A DNA stretch of 28,498 bases from a virus. Lineage: Duplodnaviria; Caudoviricetes. The stretch spans positions 1 to 28,498 of IMG/VR virus record IMGVR_UViG_3300012971_000070; one strand, written 5' to 3'. The translations under genes and the position numbers were made by a program. Of this stretch, positions 1 through 8,793 are shown piece after piece (positions within the stretch are counted from its first letter, which is position 1; each line of letters starts with the position of its first letter). The notes under the pieces were generated by a model. The model made no database searches. It saw nothing but the letters and a program-made list of their open reading frames with translations, and was not told where the DNA came from.

Positions 1-752
1 GTGTGCCTTGGGCAGAGGGTGCACAAGGCATGACCGTGGATGAGATCTCCGATCTTGATCAGATGATGCGTCAGTTCCGCATCGGGGACAATGCGGGTGG
101 TGCGCTACCGTTTGGCGCTAAGCTCAATATTGCACGCGGGACAGGAAGTGATGTCGACAAGACCATTAAGCGATACGATGAGAGCATGGCACGTCGTTTT
201 TTGCTTATGGTTGTCAATCTTGCCCAGGGCGGACAGCATGTCGGGAGTTACGCCCTGGGCGAGACTTTTGAAGATTTCTTCATTGTAGGCCAGCGTAACA
301 TCGCTCAGTGGTATTGCGATGTGATGACGGAGCACCTCATCGAGGACATCATCGACTGGAACTATGGTGAAGATCAGAACCTGACTCCGAGGATAACGTG
401 GGAGCGCAGTAGTGAGGATAGCCTTGGAACTGAGCAGCTTTCGATGCTCGTTGACAAGGGCATTGTCACGATGGACCAGGAAACGGAGAACTGGGTGCGC
501 TACCGCTACCTCCTTCCAAAGAAGACGGAGCCACGCCCGGAGATTACGATGGGTGGTCCGAAACAGCCATACGAGCAGCGTGCCGAGAAATTGGGTGAAG
601 GTAGCGGGACAGTTCCTGGTGTACAGCCCGTGCCTGCGGCACCTACTGGTCAGGCTCCGGCTCAAGCTGCGGGGGATCTGGGGTCGGGTGCTCCCTCCCT
701 TCAGTCCCCCGCAGATCGTAACCCCTGGTGGCGAAGGATGCTGGGCGTATGA
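1..752 (+). CDS. Portal protein, C-terminal part (Mu gp29/DUF935-like), truncated by the window edge
   Basis: Open frame from the window start. The GSYALGE..EDFF segment and 'IEDIIDWNYGE' resemble DUF935-type portals. It lies directly upstream of the protease and capsid genes. Confidence 0.75.
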   Translation, partial: VPWAEGAQGMTVDEISDLDQMMRQFRIGDNAGGALPFGAKLNIARGTGSDVDKTIKRYDESMARRFLLMVVNLAQGGQHVGSYALGETFEDFFIVGQRNIAQWYCDVMTEHLIEDIIDWNYGEDQNLTPRITWERSSEDSLGTEQLSMLVDKGIVTMDQETENWVRYRYLLPKKTEPRPEITMGGPKQPYEQRAEKLGEGSGTVPGVQPVPAAPTGQAPAQAAGDLGSGAPSLQSPADRNPWWRRMLGV

Positions 753-2308
753 GGCTTCGTACGGTTCAGAATGTGACGATCATGGAGGCTGGGATTGAGT
801 ACAGCCTCAGTAATGGTCCCACAACATTCACGCCAGAAGACCTTGCCGATGCTGTCGTAGCAGCGAACGAAGATCCGTCGATCCCGACCCCACGCTTGAA
901 GCTGGGGCATGTTGACCCGCGCTATAACGACAGCTCGGTGTACGACGCAACACCTGCCTTTGGTAAGGCTACCAATCTCCGGCTCTCTGACAATAGCATG
1001 GCGGTTGTTGCCGATTTTGTTGGAGTGCCGGGATGGCTCGCCGAGATTCTCCCAACAGCATTTCCTTCTCGAAGCGTTGAAGGATACTGGGGAGTGCAGA
1101 GTCAGGCAGGCAAGAACTGGCGGTTTGTACTGACCGCTTGTTCACTCCTCGGTGTTGTCTGGCCGGGGATCACACAGTTGGAGGATCTTCCGATGCTGGG
1201 TGAGATGTATGGCGAGGAGATTCCTTCATCTGTGGAGATCGATCCGGAACTCGCCGTGGCATTAGAGACCGGAGGTGATCCGATGAAGCTCTTCGCAAGG
1301 AGAGCGTCAGCTTCGGCGAATCTGGACGACATCCGCCGAGCGTTTTACAACGAGTTCGTCCCCTCTCGGCAGGAGGCTAACTGGTGGTGGGTTCGTGCAG
1401 TCATGACGGATCCCAATCAGCTGGTTGTCGAGGATGACGAAAGCGGTCAGTTGTTCATGATCGACTTCTCGTCGGATGCGAAAGGCTCTGTTTCATTCGG
1501 GGAGCCGAGCACCGTTCGCATCGAGTACGTCCCGGATGATCGGGAAGCGCAGAGAGAAGCGGCTGATCATCTGGCAGCGGCGCTGGCTGTGGGCAGAGAA
1601 GTCATGGCCAGCTGGTCAACTCGGGCGGAGTCTCGCCCGACAACAGGAGGTGCCATGGATCCAAAGATGGTCCGCGAGGCACTGGGCCTGCCCGAGGAAG
1701 CATCCGACGAGCAGGTTCATCAGGCGCTCCTGGTCAAGGCTGGTGTTACGGAGGAACCTGAGCCGACATCAGAGCCGGAGCCGGAGCCTACTCCAGAACC
1801 GGCGCCAGAACCAGCACCGGAGCCGGAACCGGAGCCTGTAACACCAGAAGCACGGGTGCCGATTGCTGCCAGCAATCTACCGCCCGGTACAGTTCTTGTC
1901 GACGAGACTGCATGGAAAAATATGCAGGCTGGCCTGTCGCGTATCAACGGCATCGTCGCTGAGAACGACAAGTCCAAGCGTGAGGGTCTTGTCGCGGCCG
2001 CAATCGCGGACGGTCGCATTCCGCCTGCGCGCAAGGATCACTGGCTCAGCTATCTCGAGAAGGATATGAAGGGTGGCGAAGAGGTTCTTGCTAGCCTCAC
2101 CCCCAACATCATCCCTCTCGAGGAGCGTGGCCATGGTAGCACTCCCGACGACACAGATCTGCAAAAGATCGAGTCCGCCACTGTCGCCGGGTGGTCAGAG
2201 CAGCTGTTCTCAGAAGTTCGTAACCGCAAGAACCTAGAGCGGGCGCAGGCTTCCGGAGCAGCAGTCCCTCGAAATCGCATCCAGGCGGATGCGTCGTACC
2301 GGAGGTAG
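749..2308 (+). CDS. Capsid maturation protease/scaffold fusion (Mu gpI-like)
   Basis: ATG 749 overlaps the portal stop (ATGA). N-terminal LKLGH..PAFG and FPSRSVE motifs are protease-like. C-terminal 'LVAAAIADGRIPPARKDHW' is scaffold-like. Sits between portal and capsid genes. Confidence 0.8.
   Translation: MRLRTVQNVTIMEAGIEYSLSNGPTTFTPEDLADAVVAANEDPSIPTPRLKLGHVDPRYNDSSVYDATPAFGKATNLRLSDNSMAVVADFVGVPGWLAEILPTAFPSRSVEGYWGVQSQAGKNWRFVLTACSLLGVVWPGITQLEDLPMLGEMYGEEIPSSVEIDPELAVALETGGDPMKLFARRASASANLDDIRRAFYNEFVPSRQEANWWWVRAVMTDPNQLVVEDDESGQLFMIDFSSDAKGSVSFGEPSTVRIEYVPDDREAQREAADHLAAALAVGREVMASWSTRAESRPTTGGAMDPKMVREALGLPEEASDEQVHQALLVKAGVTEEPEPTSEPEPEPTPEPAPEPAPEPEPEPVTPEARVPIAASNLPPGTVLVDETAWKNMQAGLSRINGIVAENDKSKREGLVAAAIADGRIPPARKDHWLSYLEKDMKGGEEVLASLTPNIIPLEERGHGSTPDDTDLQKIESATVAGWSEQLFSEVRNRKNLERAQASGAAVPRNRIQADASYRR
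1655..2308 (+). CDS. Nested in-frame scaffold protein (internal start)
   Basis: AGGAGGT (1645-1651) precedes the in-frame ATG 1655 (MDPKMVREALG). Analogous to lambda C/Nu3 and Mu I/Z. Confidence 0.65.
   Translation: MDPKMVREALGLPEEASDEQVHQALLVKAGVTEEPEPTSEPEPEPTPEPAPEPAPEPEPEPVTPEARVPIAASNLPPGTVLVDETAWKNMQAGLSRINGIVAENDKSKREGLVAAAIADGRIPPARKDHWLSYLEKDMKGGEEVLASLTPNIIPLEERGHGSTPDDTDLQKIESATVAGWSEQLFSEVRNRKNLERAQASGAAVPRNRIQADASYRR
1754..1848 (+). repeat. Low-complexity Glu-Pro linker (EPEPTSEPEPEPTPEPAPEPAPEPEPEP)
   Basis: Degenerate GAGCCG/GAACCA hexamer repeats, seen directly. Confidence 0.9.
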
Positions 2309-2314
2309 ACAGAG

Positions 2315-2764
2315 ATGCCTGCCAACGAGTGCATTCCATACTACGAAGGTCCGTACACACAGACCCTTACCGTTCATTGCGGGTACGCAGTCACCGGCAA
2401 GACGTTCGTGGGTCCGCTAACGGGCTACCAGGGCCAGGGTCCGGCACTGGCGGCAGATCCTCTGCCCGCCGGTGACACCGGCAACTTACAGGCTCCGGCT
2501 GCTCCTACGGCCGGTGGTCTGGCAAGTGGTGTCGCATCCTGGGACGTTGGCTCTGGTGGTAAGGCGACAATCATTCGTGGGGCCGGTACCATGCTGCCGG
2601 TTACCGCTGGTGCTGCCGTCACCGTCGGAGCAGAGCTTCAGGTCGACACGTCGGGACGCGTCGTTCCGTTCTCAACTGGCCGCAGGGTAGGTGTTGCGCA
2701 CAGCGCTGCGGGCGCTGCTGGGACGGACGTCGTCGTCGAACTCTATGGCTCGTCGCAGCCGTAA
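2315..2764 (+). CDS. Capsid decoration/cement protein (DUF2190-like)
   Basis: Small Gly/Ala-rich protein with 'AGAAVTVGAELQVDTSGRVV...GVAHSAAGAAGTDVVVEL', placed between scaffold and major capsid. Confidence 0.75.
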   Translation: MPANECIPYYEGPYTQTLTVHCGYAVTGKTFVGPLTGYQGQGPALAADPLPAGDTGNLQAPAAPTAGGLASGVASWDVGSGGKATIIRGAGTMLPVTAGAAVTVGAELQVDTSGRVVPFSTGRRVGVAHSAAGAAGTDVVVELYGSSQP

Positions 2765-2789
2765 GACCGGAGAGAGGAGGAAAGATAAC

Positions 2790-3857
2790 ATGAAGGAAAC
2801 TGTGCTTCAGCTCGACCATGGTCGTCGGGTCGATTACTGTCCCGACACCCTGGACACGCTCATTCGAGCAGGACAGGCGGATCCAGAATTCCTGCGTTCT
2901 GGCCGCTTTGTCGCGGCTCGGTTTGAGCCCACGGGTTCACCTCCGGTCGCGGCTGCACCGTACCCTGGTGCCGTCGTCAACCCGCTCGGTCCACCGACGA
3001 TCTCTACGACGACGTTCACAATCGATATCGCGCTTCAGAATCCGACTCGGGTTTTGACGCCGATGGTGCTTGATCTGACGGCGCAACGGTTCTTTGCTGA
3101 TCGTGCGTTCACGTCGGCTGGCGGAGTCACCGGTGGAGCTGTCATCTACGACGTTGTGGTTCAGCCTGATTTCTATGCTGACCGCGACATCCAGCGCGTT
3201 GAGCCGGGTTCGGAATTCCCGGAGATCTCCTTCAGCCGCCGGGCACCGGCAGCTGCGGTGGTCGAGAAGTGGGGCGGCAAGTTCCGCTTCACGGACGAGG
3301 CGCGTGACCGCAACCTGGTGACAGAGTTCACCAAGGCGATGCGTCAGCTGAGCAACACCATCGTTCGCAAGATCAACCAAAGAGGCATGCAGATCCTGGA
3401 AGCCTTCATCACGGCAAACTCGCGTACGTTTACGGGTGTGTCGTGGGGGAGCGTCAACACGACGTACGCTGCGGGATCAAACTGGCCACTCTTCCCGGCT
3501 CGAGACTTCGCCAAGGCGGATCTCATCGCTGAGCAGGACGAGATGGACATGGACTACAATCTGTGGGTCCTCAATCCGAATGAGATGTTCAATCTCGAGG
3601 GGATCTACGGTGACAAGCTGGGCGCTCTACTCGATTCGTATGACATCGACATCTTCGTGACCAACCGCTGTACGGCAGGCGTTGCCTACGCGCTCGCGGA
3701 AGGTCAAGTTGGTGAGATGCGTGTCGAGAAGCCGCTCTCAACGGAGACGTGGCGTGATCCGAACGGGAAGGAGCAGACATGGATTCAGTCGTCTGTTCGC
3801 CCGCTCATGTTCGCGAACAACGCCTTCGCCGTTCTCAAGGCAACGGGACTGACGTAG
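2790..3857 (+). CDS. Major capsid protein
   Basis: RBS GAGGAGG before ATG 2790 (the ORF-track start at 2691 is unlikely). About 355 aa with 'VEPGSEFP...VEKWGGKF.FTDEARDRN' and C-terminal 'AFAVLKATGL', typical of actinophage HK97-fold capsids. Confidence 0.85.
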   Translation: MKETVLQLDHGRRVDYCPDTLDTLIRAGQADPEFLRSGRFVAARFEPTGSPPVAAAPYPGAVVNPLGPPTISTTTFTIDIALQNPTRVLTPMVLDLTAQRFFADRAFTSAGGVTGGAVIYDVVVQPDFYADRDIQRVEPGSEFPEISFSRRAPAAAVVEKWGGKFRFTDEARDRNLVTEFTKAMRQLSNTIVRKINQRGMQILEAFITANSRTFTGVSWGSVNTTYAAGSNWPLFPARDFAKADLIAEQDEMDMDYNLWVLNPNEMFNLEGIYGDKLGALLDSYDIDIFVTNRCTAGVAYALAEGQVGEMRVEKPLSTETWRDPNGKEQTWIQSSVRPLMFANNAFAVLKATGLT

Positions 3858-3869
3858 GGGGTGATGTAG

Positions 3870-4370
3870 ATGCCAGAGGTCATCGTCAAACACCGCCTCA
3901 TCACATGGTTCCGAAATGAGCCGTCTGCAGTCAATCCCGACGAGACTGTTCGTCTTGAGAAGATCAACACCATCGGTGAGAAGGTGGACATTGACGACGA
4001 GCCTTCGTACAATCGTCTCGTAGAGCTCGATGCTGTCTACACCGATGAGACGGTTCAGGAAATCGAAGACGAAACCTTCAAGGGAGAAGGCGCGGCGGCG
4101 GTCTATGCGGCGCGCGGGGTGACAGCGTCCCCTCCTCCCTTGATTGAGGCAGCTGAGGGTGAGGGGCGGCAGGTAGACAACCTCAGTACCGAGGAACTCG
4201 CTGAATACATCACGGCGAACAGCCTCACCGTGGACGAGACCGTAGCGTTGGCTGGTGACGATGCCGACAGCATCAATCGTGTTCTCGATGCGGAAAACCT
4301 CGCAACCGATAACGATCCTCGCAAGGGTGTCGAGAAGGCACTCGAAGCGAAGCTCGCTGCCGCCGGGTAG
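3870..4370 (+). CDS. Acidic hypothetical protein following the capsid gene
   Basis: Clean ORF with a GGGGGTG RBS, in operon position. Function not recognised. Confidence 0.7.
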   Translation: MPEVIVKHRLITWFRNEPSAVNPDETVRLEKINTIGEKVDIDDEPSYNRLVELDAVYTDETVQEIEDETFKGEGAAAVYAARGVTASPPPLIEAAEGEGRQVDNLSTEELAEYITANSLTVDETVALAGDDADSINRVLDAENLATDNDPRKGVEKALEAKLAAAG

Positions 4371-4383
4371 GAAGGGGTAGAAG

Positions 4384-4836
4384 GTGCCGACAACGGATTA
4401 CACGCCAACTGTCTCGCAGGTTGCGTCGCATATTTTGTCGCGAACTGTAAATCAGTACGGGATCCGTTTAGGCACCTTCACCGCCGACACAACTCCTACT
4501 GATACAGAAGTTGATGCAGTCATCGCCATAACGATGCCTGAGATCGCTGACGTCATCGGTGACGACATCCCTCAGTTTCTTTGGGATGACGCCGAAGCCG
4601 TAGCCTCGATCCGAGTAGCCATGCAGGTTGAGATCTCGTTCTTCTCTGAGCAGGTATCAGCAGACCGTAGTGCATATCCGTTGCTGAAGGAGAAATACGA
4701 GACGGCAATCGAAAACTTGGTGAAACAGGTAACGGCTGCCGATGAGGGTAGTACTGGTGCTGTTGTCTCGGGAACGACCGGAACGGCTTCATGGTCGTTT
4801 CCGCCGTCCGATGATTGGATGACGAGGGTGATGTGA
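4384..4836 (+). CDS. Head-to-tail adaptor (putative)
   Basis: About 150 aa, helical-looking, in the position expected between capsid and tail genes. Confidence 0.6.
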   Translation: MPTTDYTPTVSQVASHILSRTVNQYGIRLGTFTADTTPTDTEVDAVIAITMPEIADVIGDDIPQFLWDDAEAVASIRVAMQVEISFFSEQVSADRSAYPLLKEKYETAIENLVKQVTAADEGSTGAVVSGTTGTASWSFPPSDDWMTRVM

Positions 4837-5285
4837 ACTATACACTCGAAGCTTTCGGGATCAAGGAATCAATCACCCGCTTTGAACGGATGGGTGTAGC
4901 CTCCGTTGCGGCAGAGCCCGCCATGGAGGCGATCCTTAAGCGTCTCATGCAGATCATCGGGCAGACATTCGAAAGTGAAGGTCGTCGTGGCGGTGGTTCC
5001 TGGAGACAAGATACCGAGGAATGGTTGTTGCGCAAGCAACGTCTCGGTCTTGATCTTCGGATTGGACATGCAACGCTTGCTTTGAGAAAATCTGTCAGTG
5101 TGTGGGGTGCTGATGGTCAGATTCGTGAAGTTGGTCCACAGCATGCCAAGCTAGGGTCTGATCTGCCGTACGCCGAAACACAACAGCGGCACCGTCCGTT
5201 CATCAAGCTGACAAAGAGTGACAAGGTTGAGATGCGTAACATCGTTCGAACTTGGCTCATTAATGCTTGGAGGACAGCAGTTTGA
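4833..5285 (+). CDS. Virion morphogenesis/tail completion protein (Mu gpG-like)
   Basis: GTG 4833 overlaps the upstream TGA. Motifs 'FESEG...W', 'LRKS', 'GSDLPYA..Q...RPF' match this family. Confidence 0.7.
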   Translation: MNYTLEAFGIKESITRFERMGVASVAAEPAMEAILKRLMQIIGQTFESEGRRGGGSWRQDTEEWLLRKQRLGLDLRIGHATLALRKSVSVWGADGQIREVGPQHAKLGSDLPYAETQQRHRPFIKLTKSDKVEMRNIVRTWLINAWRTAV

Positions 5286-5914
5286 GCATCTTTGATCAGA
5301 TCAAGATCGCGGATGATCTTGAGCAAGCTGTGCTTAAGACTCTACAAGACTGGTTCCCTGTCTACATTCGCGAGGTTGAACTGCAGTCACCGGCTGTGCC
5401 GGATCCGCGAAACATCCCGGTTGATACACTTCCACTGCCGCGCTCCTTCTTCACGGCGGATCAGGTAGATCGGGAAGCGAGGAACCAGCTGCCTAGCATC
5501 GTTGTGATCAGCCCTGGTCTTAGTTCCAGAACTGATCCGAAACAGAATGGGGGAGGAACCTTCATGGTTCCTTTCAGCATTGCCGTTGGCGTCTTCGTCA
5601 GCGCAGACTCGCGCGTGCATACGTTAAGGCTCGTACGCCTGTATACCGCGATCGTACGCTCAATCATGATTCAGAAGCAGTCTTTCGGCGGCTTCGCTTC
5701 GGGTGCTTACTGGCTTGATGAGAGTTACGATGATCGCTTCTCCTTCACTGACGACATGACGATCAGCGCAGGACAAGTGGTCTTTGAGGTCTGGGTTGAT
5801 AATGTCGTCACCCGCTTTGCTGGCCCAGTTACCCCACCGGATCCTGCCACCCAGCCCGGAAGTGACTGGGGTCAGGCCGAGACTGTCATCCCGACGGTTG
5901 ATCTGAAGGAGTGA
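5282..5914 (+). CDS. Tail terminator (putative)
   Basis: TTG 5282 follows a GGAGG RBS and overlaps the upstream stop. Contains 'QLPSIVVISPG' and lies just before the sheath. Confidence 0.6.
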   Translation: MSIFDQIKIADDLEQAVLKTLQDWFPVYIREVELQSPAVPDPRNIPVDTLPLPRSFFTADQVDREARNQLPSIVVISPGLSSRTDPKQNGGGTFMVPFSIAVGVFVSADSRVHTLRLVRLYTAIVRSIMIQKQSFGGFASGAYWLDESYDDRFSFTDDMTISAGQVVFEVWVDNVVTRFAGPVTPPDPATQPGSDWGQAETVIPTVDLKE

Positions 5915-5919
5915 CGCGA

Positions 5920-6105
5920 ATGGCACGATATAAGCACGTCGGGTTACATCCCGAGGAACTCGTCGGAGGCGTGATGATTGGTCCCGGCGAGGAAGTTGAC
6001 CTCAGTAGTGAACAGGAGGGCGAAAATAAGTGGCTCATTGATGAGGGTGTTCTGATGCCCCTCGAGGAGTCGAAGTCAAGCAAGACAAAGAAGGAGGAGT
6101 CGTAA
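5920..6105 (+). CDS. Small pre-sheath protein
   Basis: GAAGGAG RBS then ATG 5920; abuts the sheath start. Small genes in this position are common in contractile-tail operons. Confidence 0.6.
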   Translation: MARYKHVGLHPEELVGGVMIGPGEEVDLSSEQEGENKWLIDEGVLMPLEESKSSKTKKEES

Positions 6106-7545
6106 ATGGCTGCTTTGCGACCCGGAACACAGGTGGTCGTAAAGAGCGCTCCGAGCCCAAGGGGAGCACCCATCGATACCGGCGTCTGGTTCATTGCCGG
6201 TCTATCTGATGCCGGCCCGACTGGTACTCCGATCGTCATCAACAACACTGGTGATGCCGACACCAAGCTGGGAGGGCGAGTAACCTACTCGTCTCTCTGG
6301 GACGCTCTTGACTGCTTCTTCCGGGAAGGCGGTAACACCGCGATGGTCAGCCGTGTTGTTGGACCGGCTGCTGTCAAGGCAAGCACTACTCTGCCCGACG
6401 CCGGGGCAGCGGTTTCGCTCAATGTCACCGCTCTTGGTCCCGGTGCTTACTACAACAACATTAAGGTCGCTGTTCTTGCCGGTCTTGCATCTGGCTACCG
6501 CATTCAGATCCTTGATGCGAACAACAATCAGCTCGAGATCACTGCCGATCTGATTACGCAGCAGGATGCGGTGACTTGGTCGCAGTACTCTGGTTACGTT
6601 CGGATCACACTTGGGGCTTCGTCGAACGTTCCTGCTGTGGCGGCAGCGAAGAACCTAACGGGTGGAGCTGACGACCGTAACAACATCGTGGATGCGCAGT
6701 GGGCAACTGCGCTGGCCGTGTTTACCAAGGACATCGGCTCTGGTCAGGTCTCTGCTCCGGGAGCAACAACTGCTGCTCGTCACGCTCAGCTGATTTCGCA
6801 TGCAGCTGCCAACAACCGCATTGCGATTCTGGACCTGCCGGATAGCAGTTCTTCCTCTACCCTCCTGTCGGCAGTACAGGCAGATGGGTTCAGCCGGTAC
6901 AGTGCGGCGTTCGCACCATGGCTCGTTGTTCCGGGTGTAGTTACGGGAACAACTCGTGTCGTTCCTCCCAGTCCGTTCGTCGCCGCTCGGATTTCTGCGA
7001 CCGATGCTACTTACGGGTCTGGTACTCCGGCGGCTGGTGTCAAGGGTTCTCTCTCTTTCCCAACAGCGTTGAGTCAGCCCGGCTGGGATGCGACGACAAG
7101 AGATCAGATGAATACTGGCCGGGTCAACGTGATCCGTCAGTTCGGTGATGGCGCCCGGATCTACGGCTGGCGCTCGATGGCAGACCCGACGAATGATCCA
7201 GACTGGGTCAATCTTGGAGTACCGCGTGTCATCATGTCGATCGTGGCTGATGCCCTCCTCATCTCGGAGGTGTATGTCTTCTCTGTCCTGGATGGGCAGG
7301 GGCATACGATCGCCGCATTCGGCGGGGCACTCAACGGAGAGCTCCTCACGTACTACCGGCAGGGTCTCATTTACGGAGCATCGGCTTCCGATGCGTTTTA
7401 CGTGGATGTTGGTCCTGGCGTCAATACGCCTGCTTCACTGGCAAACAACGAACTCAAGGCTCACATTTCGGTACGCTGCTCACCGGATGCCGAGCTTGTT
7501 ACCGTCGAGATCGTGAACGTGCCGATCACGGGGGAGGTGTCATAA
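6106..7545 (+). CDS. Tail sheath protein
   Basis: 479 aa with 'FFREGG', 'RIAILD', 'APWL..VPPS..VAA', 'VNVIR...RIYGWRS' and 'SPDAELV', the sheath subtilisin-like and C-terminal motifs. Confidence 0.92.
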   Translation: MAALRPGTQVVVKSAPSPRGAPIDTGVWFIAGLSDAGPTGTPIVINNTGDADTKLGGRVTYSSLWDALDCFFREGGNTAMVSRVVGPAAVKASTTLPDAGAAVSLNVTALGPGAYYNNIKVAVLAGLASGYRIQILDANNNQLEITADLITQQDAVTWSQYSGYVRITLGASSNVPAVAAAKNLTGGADDRNNIVDAQWATALAVFTKDIGSGQVSAPGATTAARHAQLISHAAANNRIAILDLPDSSSSSTLLSAVQADGFSRYSAAFAPWLVVPGVVTGTTRVVPPSPFVAARISATDATYGSGTPAAGVKGSLSFPTALSQPGWDATTRDQMNTGRVNVIRQFGDGARIYGWRSMADPTNDPDWVNLGVPRVIMSIVADALLISEVYVFSVLDGQGHTIAAFGGALNGELLTYYRQGLIYGASASDAFYVDVGPGVNTPASLANNELKAHISVRCSPDAELVTVEIVNVPITGEVS

Positions 7546-8001
7546 ATGGCAGATGAGGTACACCCCACCCGTCAAGATACCTGGCTGATCAAGGTTCAGG
7601 TTCAGCACCCTACAACCGGGAACTGGATCGATTACGGAACCTGGGACAAGATGACTGGCGGGGCCAAGCAGGCACAGGCAACTGTGTATCACCCCGGCGG
7701 CATGAAGGATCCGATCTCTCTCGGAGGCAAGCCTTCGACAACAAATGTCGTGGTATCGCGTTTGGCGAGGGTCTACCAAGACATGCAGAACATCAGCCAG
7801 TTGCTCGATGCGGTGGGTAGTTCCGGGATGAAGGTCACGCGTGTCCCGCTGGACTTTGAGGGCAACACGTTTGACGACATTCCGATCATGACGTACACTG
7901 GTAAGCTCGATCGTGTGTCGGTTCCGGATATCGATTCGGAAGGCAATGCCGCAACGCTGCTCGAGCTTGAGATGGTCGTCGAGGGTTACCCGACAGCATA
8001 G
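7546..8001 (+). CDS. Tail tube protein
   Basis: 151 aa directly after the sheath, with beta-rich pattern 'WDKMTGG..YHPGGM..LGG..NVVVSR..TYTGKL'. Confidence 0.8.
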   Translation: MADEVHPTRQDTWLIKVQVQHPTTGNWIDYGTWDKMTGGAKQAQATVYHPGGMKDPISLGGKPSTTNVVVSRLARVYQDMQNISQLLDAVGSSGMKVTRVPLDFEGNTFDDIPIMTYTGKLDRVSVPDIDSEGNAATLLELEMVVEGYPTA

Positions 8002-8029
8002 CATGACTGTACTGGGAGGGAGCACACAA

Positions 8030-8593
8030 GTGGACACAAACGAGAAAGAGATCATCCCGACTCCTGTCGAGGAGGCTCTTGCCGACAAGGAACCAGATAG
8101 CCTGCTGGAGCAGCTGGCGGCGAAGCGTCGAGACATCTCGGAGACGCGGGAAGTTGATATCCCCGTTCCTGGGTACGATACTGAGCCGCCGCTGCTCCTG
8201 ATCAGGTACAAGCTTTTGGATGGTCATGAGCTTACTCAGATCGGAATTAGGATCCGGCGGCAGCAAACAGGAGATCGTTGGGCGCGTGCACTCAATGCCG
8301 CGCTCGATACGTTCATCGCTGCTTGCATCGGGATCTACGTTGATCTGGGAGATGGGGATGTTCAGCCGCTCACCTACAAGGGTGAGCCTATTCTCGGTTT
8401 CACTTCAGAACTTGCCGAAGCTCTTCAGTTCAGGGATGATCTGCCCGAACGTGCTTCAGCGCGTCATATCGTCATGGGCTTGTTTGCCAACAACGATGTG
8501 GCGGTCACGCAGCATTCTTTCATTTTGAACCGCTGGTTCCAGAACACTTCGCTTGACATCAATCAAGAGATGTTACTGGAGGGAAACCTCTAG
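8030..8593 (+). CDS. Tail assembly chaperone (G product, ~187 aa)
   Basis: GGAGG RBS then GTG 8030. Lies between tube and tape measure and ends in G-GGA-AAC-CTC-TAG. Confidence 0.8.
   Translation: MDTNEKEIIPTPVEEALADKEPDSLLEQLAAKRRDISETREVDIPVPGYDTEPPLLLIRYKLLDGHELTQIGIRIRRQQTGDRWARALNAALDTFIAACIGIYVDLGDGDVQPLTYKGEPILGFTSELAEALQFRDDLPERASARHIVMGLFANNDVAVTQHSFILNRWFQNTSLDINQEMLLEGNL
8581..8587 (+). other. -1 programmed ribosomal frameshift slippery site G GGA AAC
   Basis: X XXY YYZ heptamer in the correct register, just before the chaperone stop. The -1 frame is open to TAA 8791-8793. Confidence 0.85.
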
Positions 8594-8793
8594 GGCACGA
8601 CGAGATCGCCGCTGCCGCTTTCATCGCACTCATGCTAGGATACGGAGCCGCTCAAAAATTCCTACGCTCAACCAGTATAGATGAGCGGAGCGAGATACAG
8701 GCACTGGCGCTAGCGGCTCGTGAGATTCAACGTGAGCTTGATCTCGAGCGTGCCAATCAGATTGCAAACCAGGTCGGGAAACTCTTTGGATAA
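8587..8793 (+). CDS. Tail assembly chaperone frameshift extension (T portion; GT fusion ~254 aa)
   Basis: The -1 frame reads PLGHDEIAAAAFIALMLGYGAAQKFLRST...NQVGKLFG* and its stop overlaps the tape measure ATG (TAATG). Absent from the ORF track. Confidence 0.8.
   Translation, partial: PLGHDEIAAAAFIALMLGYGAAQKFLRSTSIDERSEIQALALAAREIQRELDLERANQIANQVGKLFG

Noticed and set aside
2691-2789. Longer ORF-track starts (also 728, 4815, 5267, 7913, 22711, 27576)
   Set aside because: They overlap upstream genes and lack an RBS. Downstream starts have clear SD sequences or stop-start coupling.
8776-8782. Second GGGAAAC that might shift the chaperone into the tape measure frame
   Set aside because: It is read GGG-AAA-C in the T frame, the wrong register for a tandem -1 slip.
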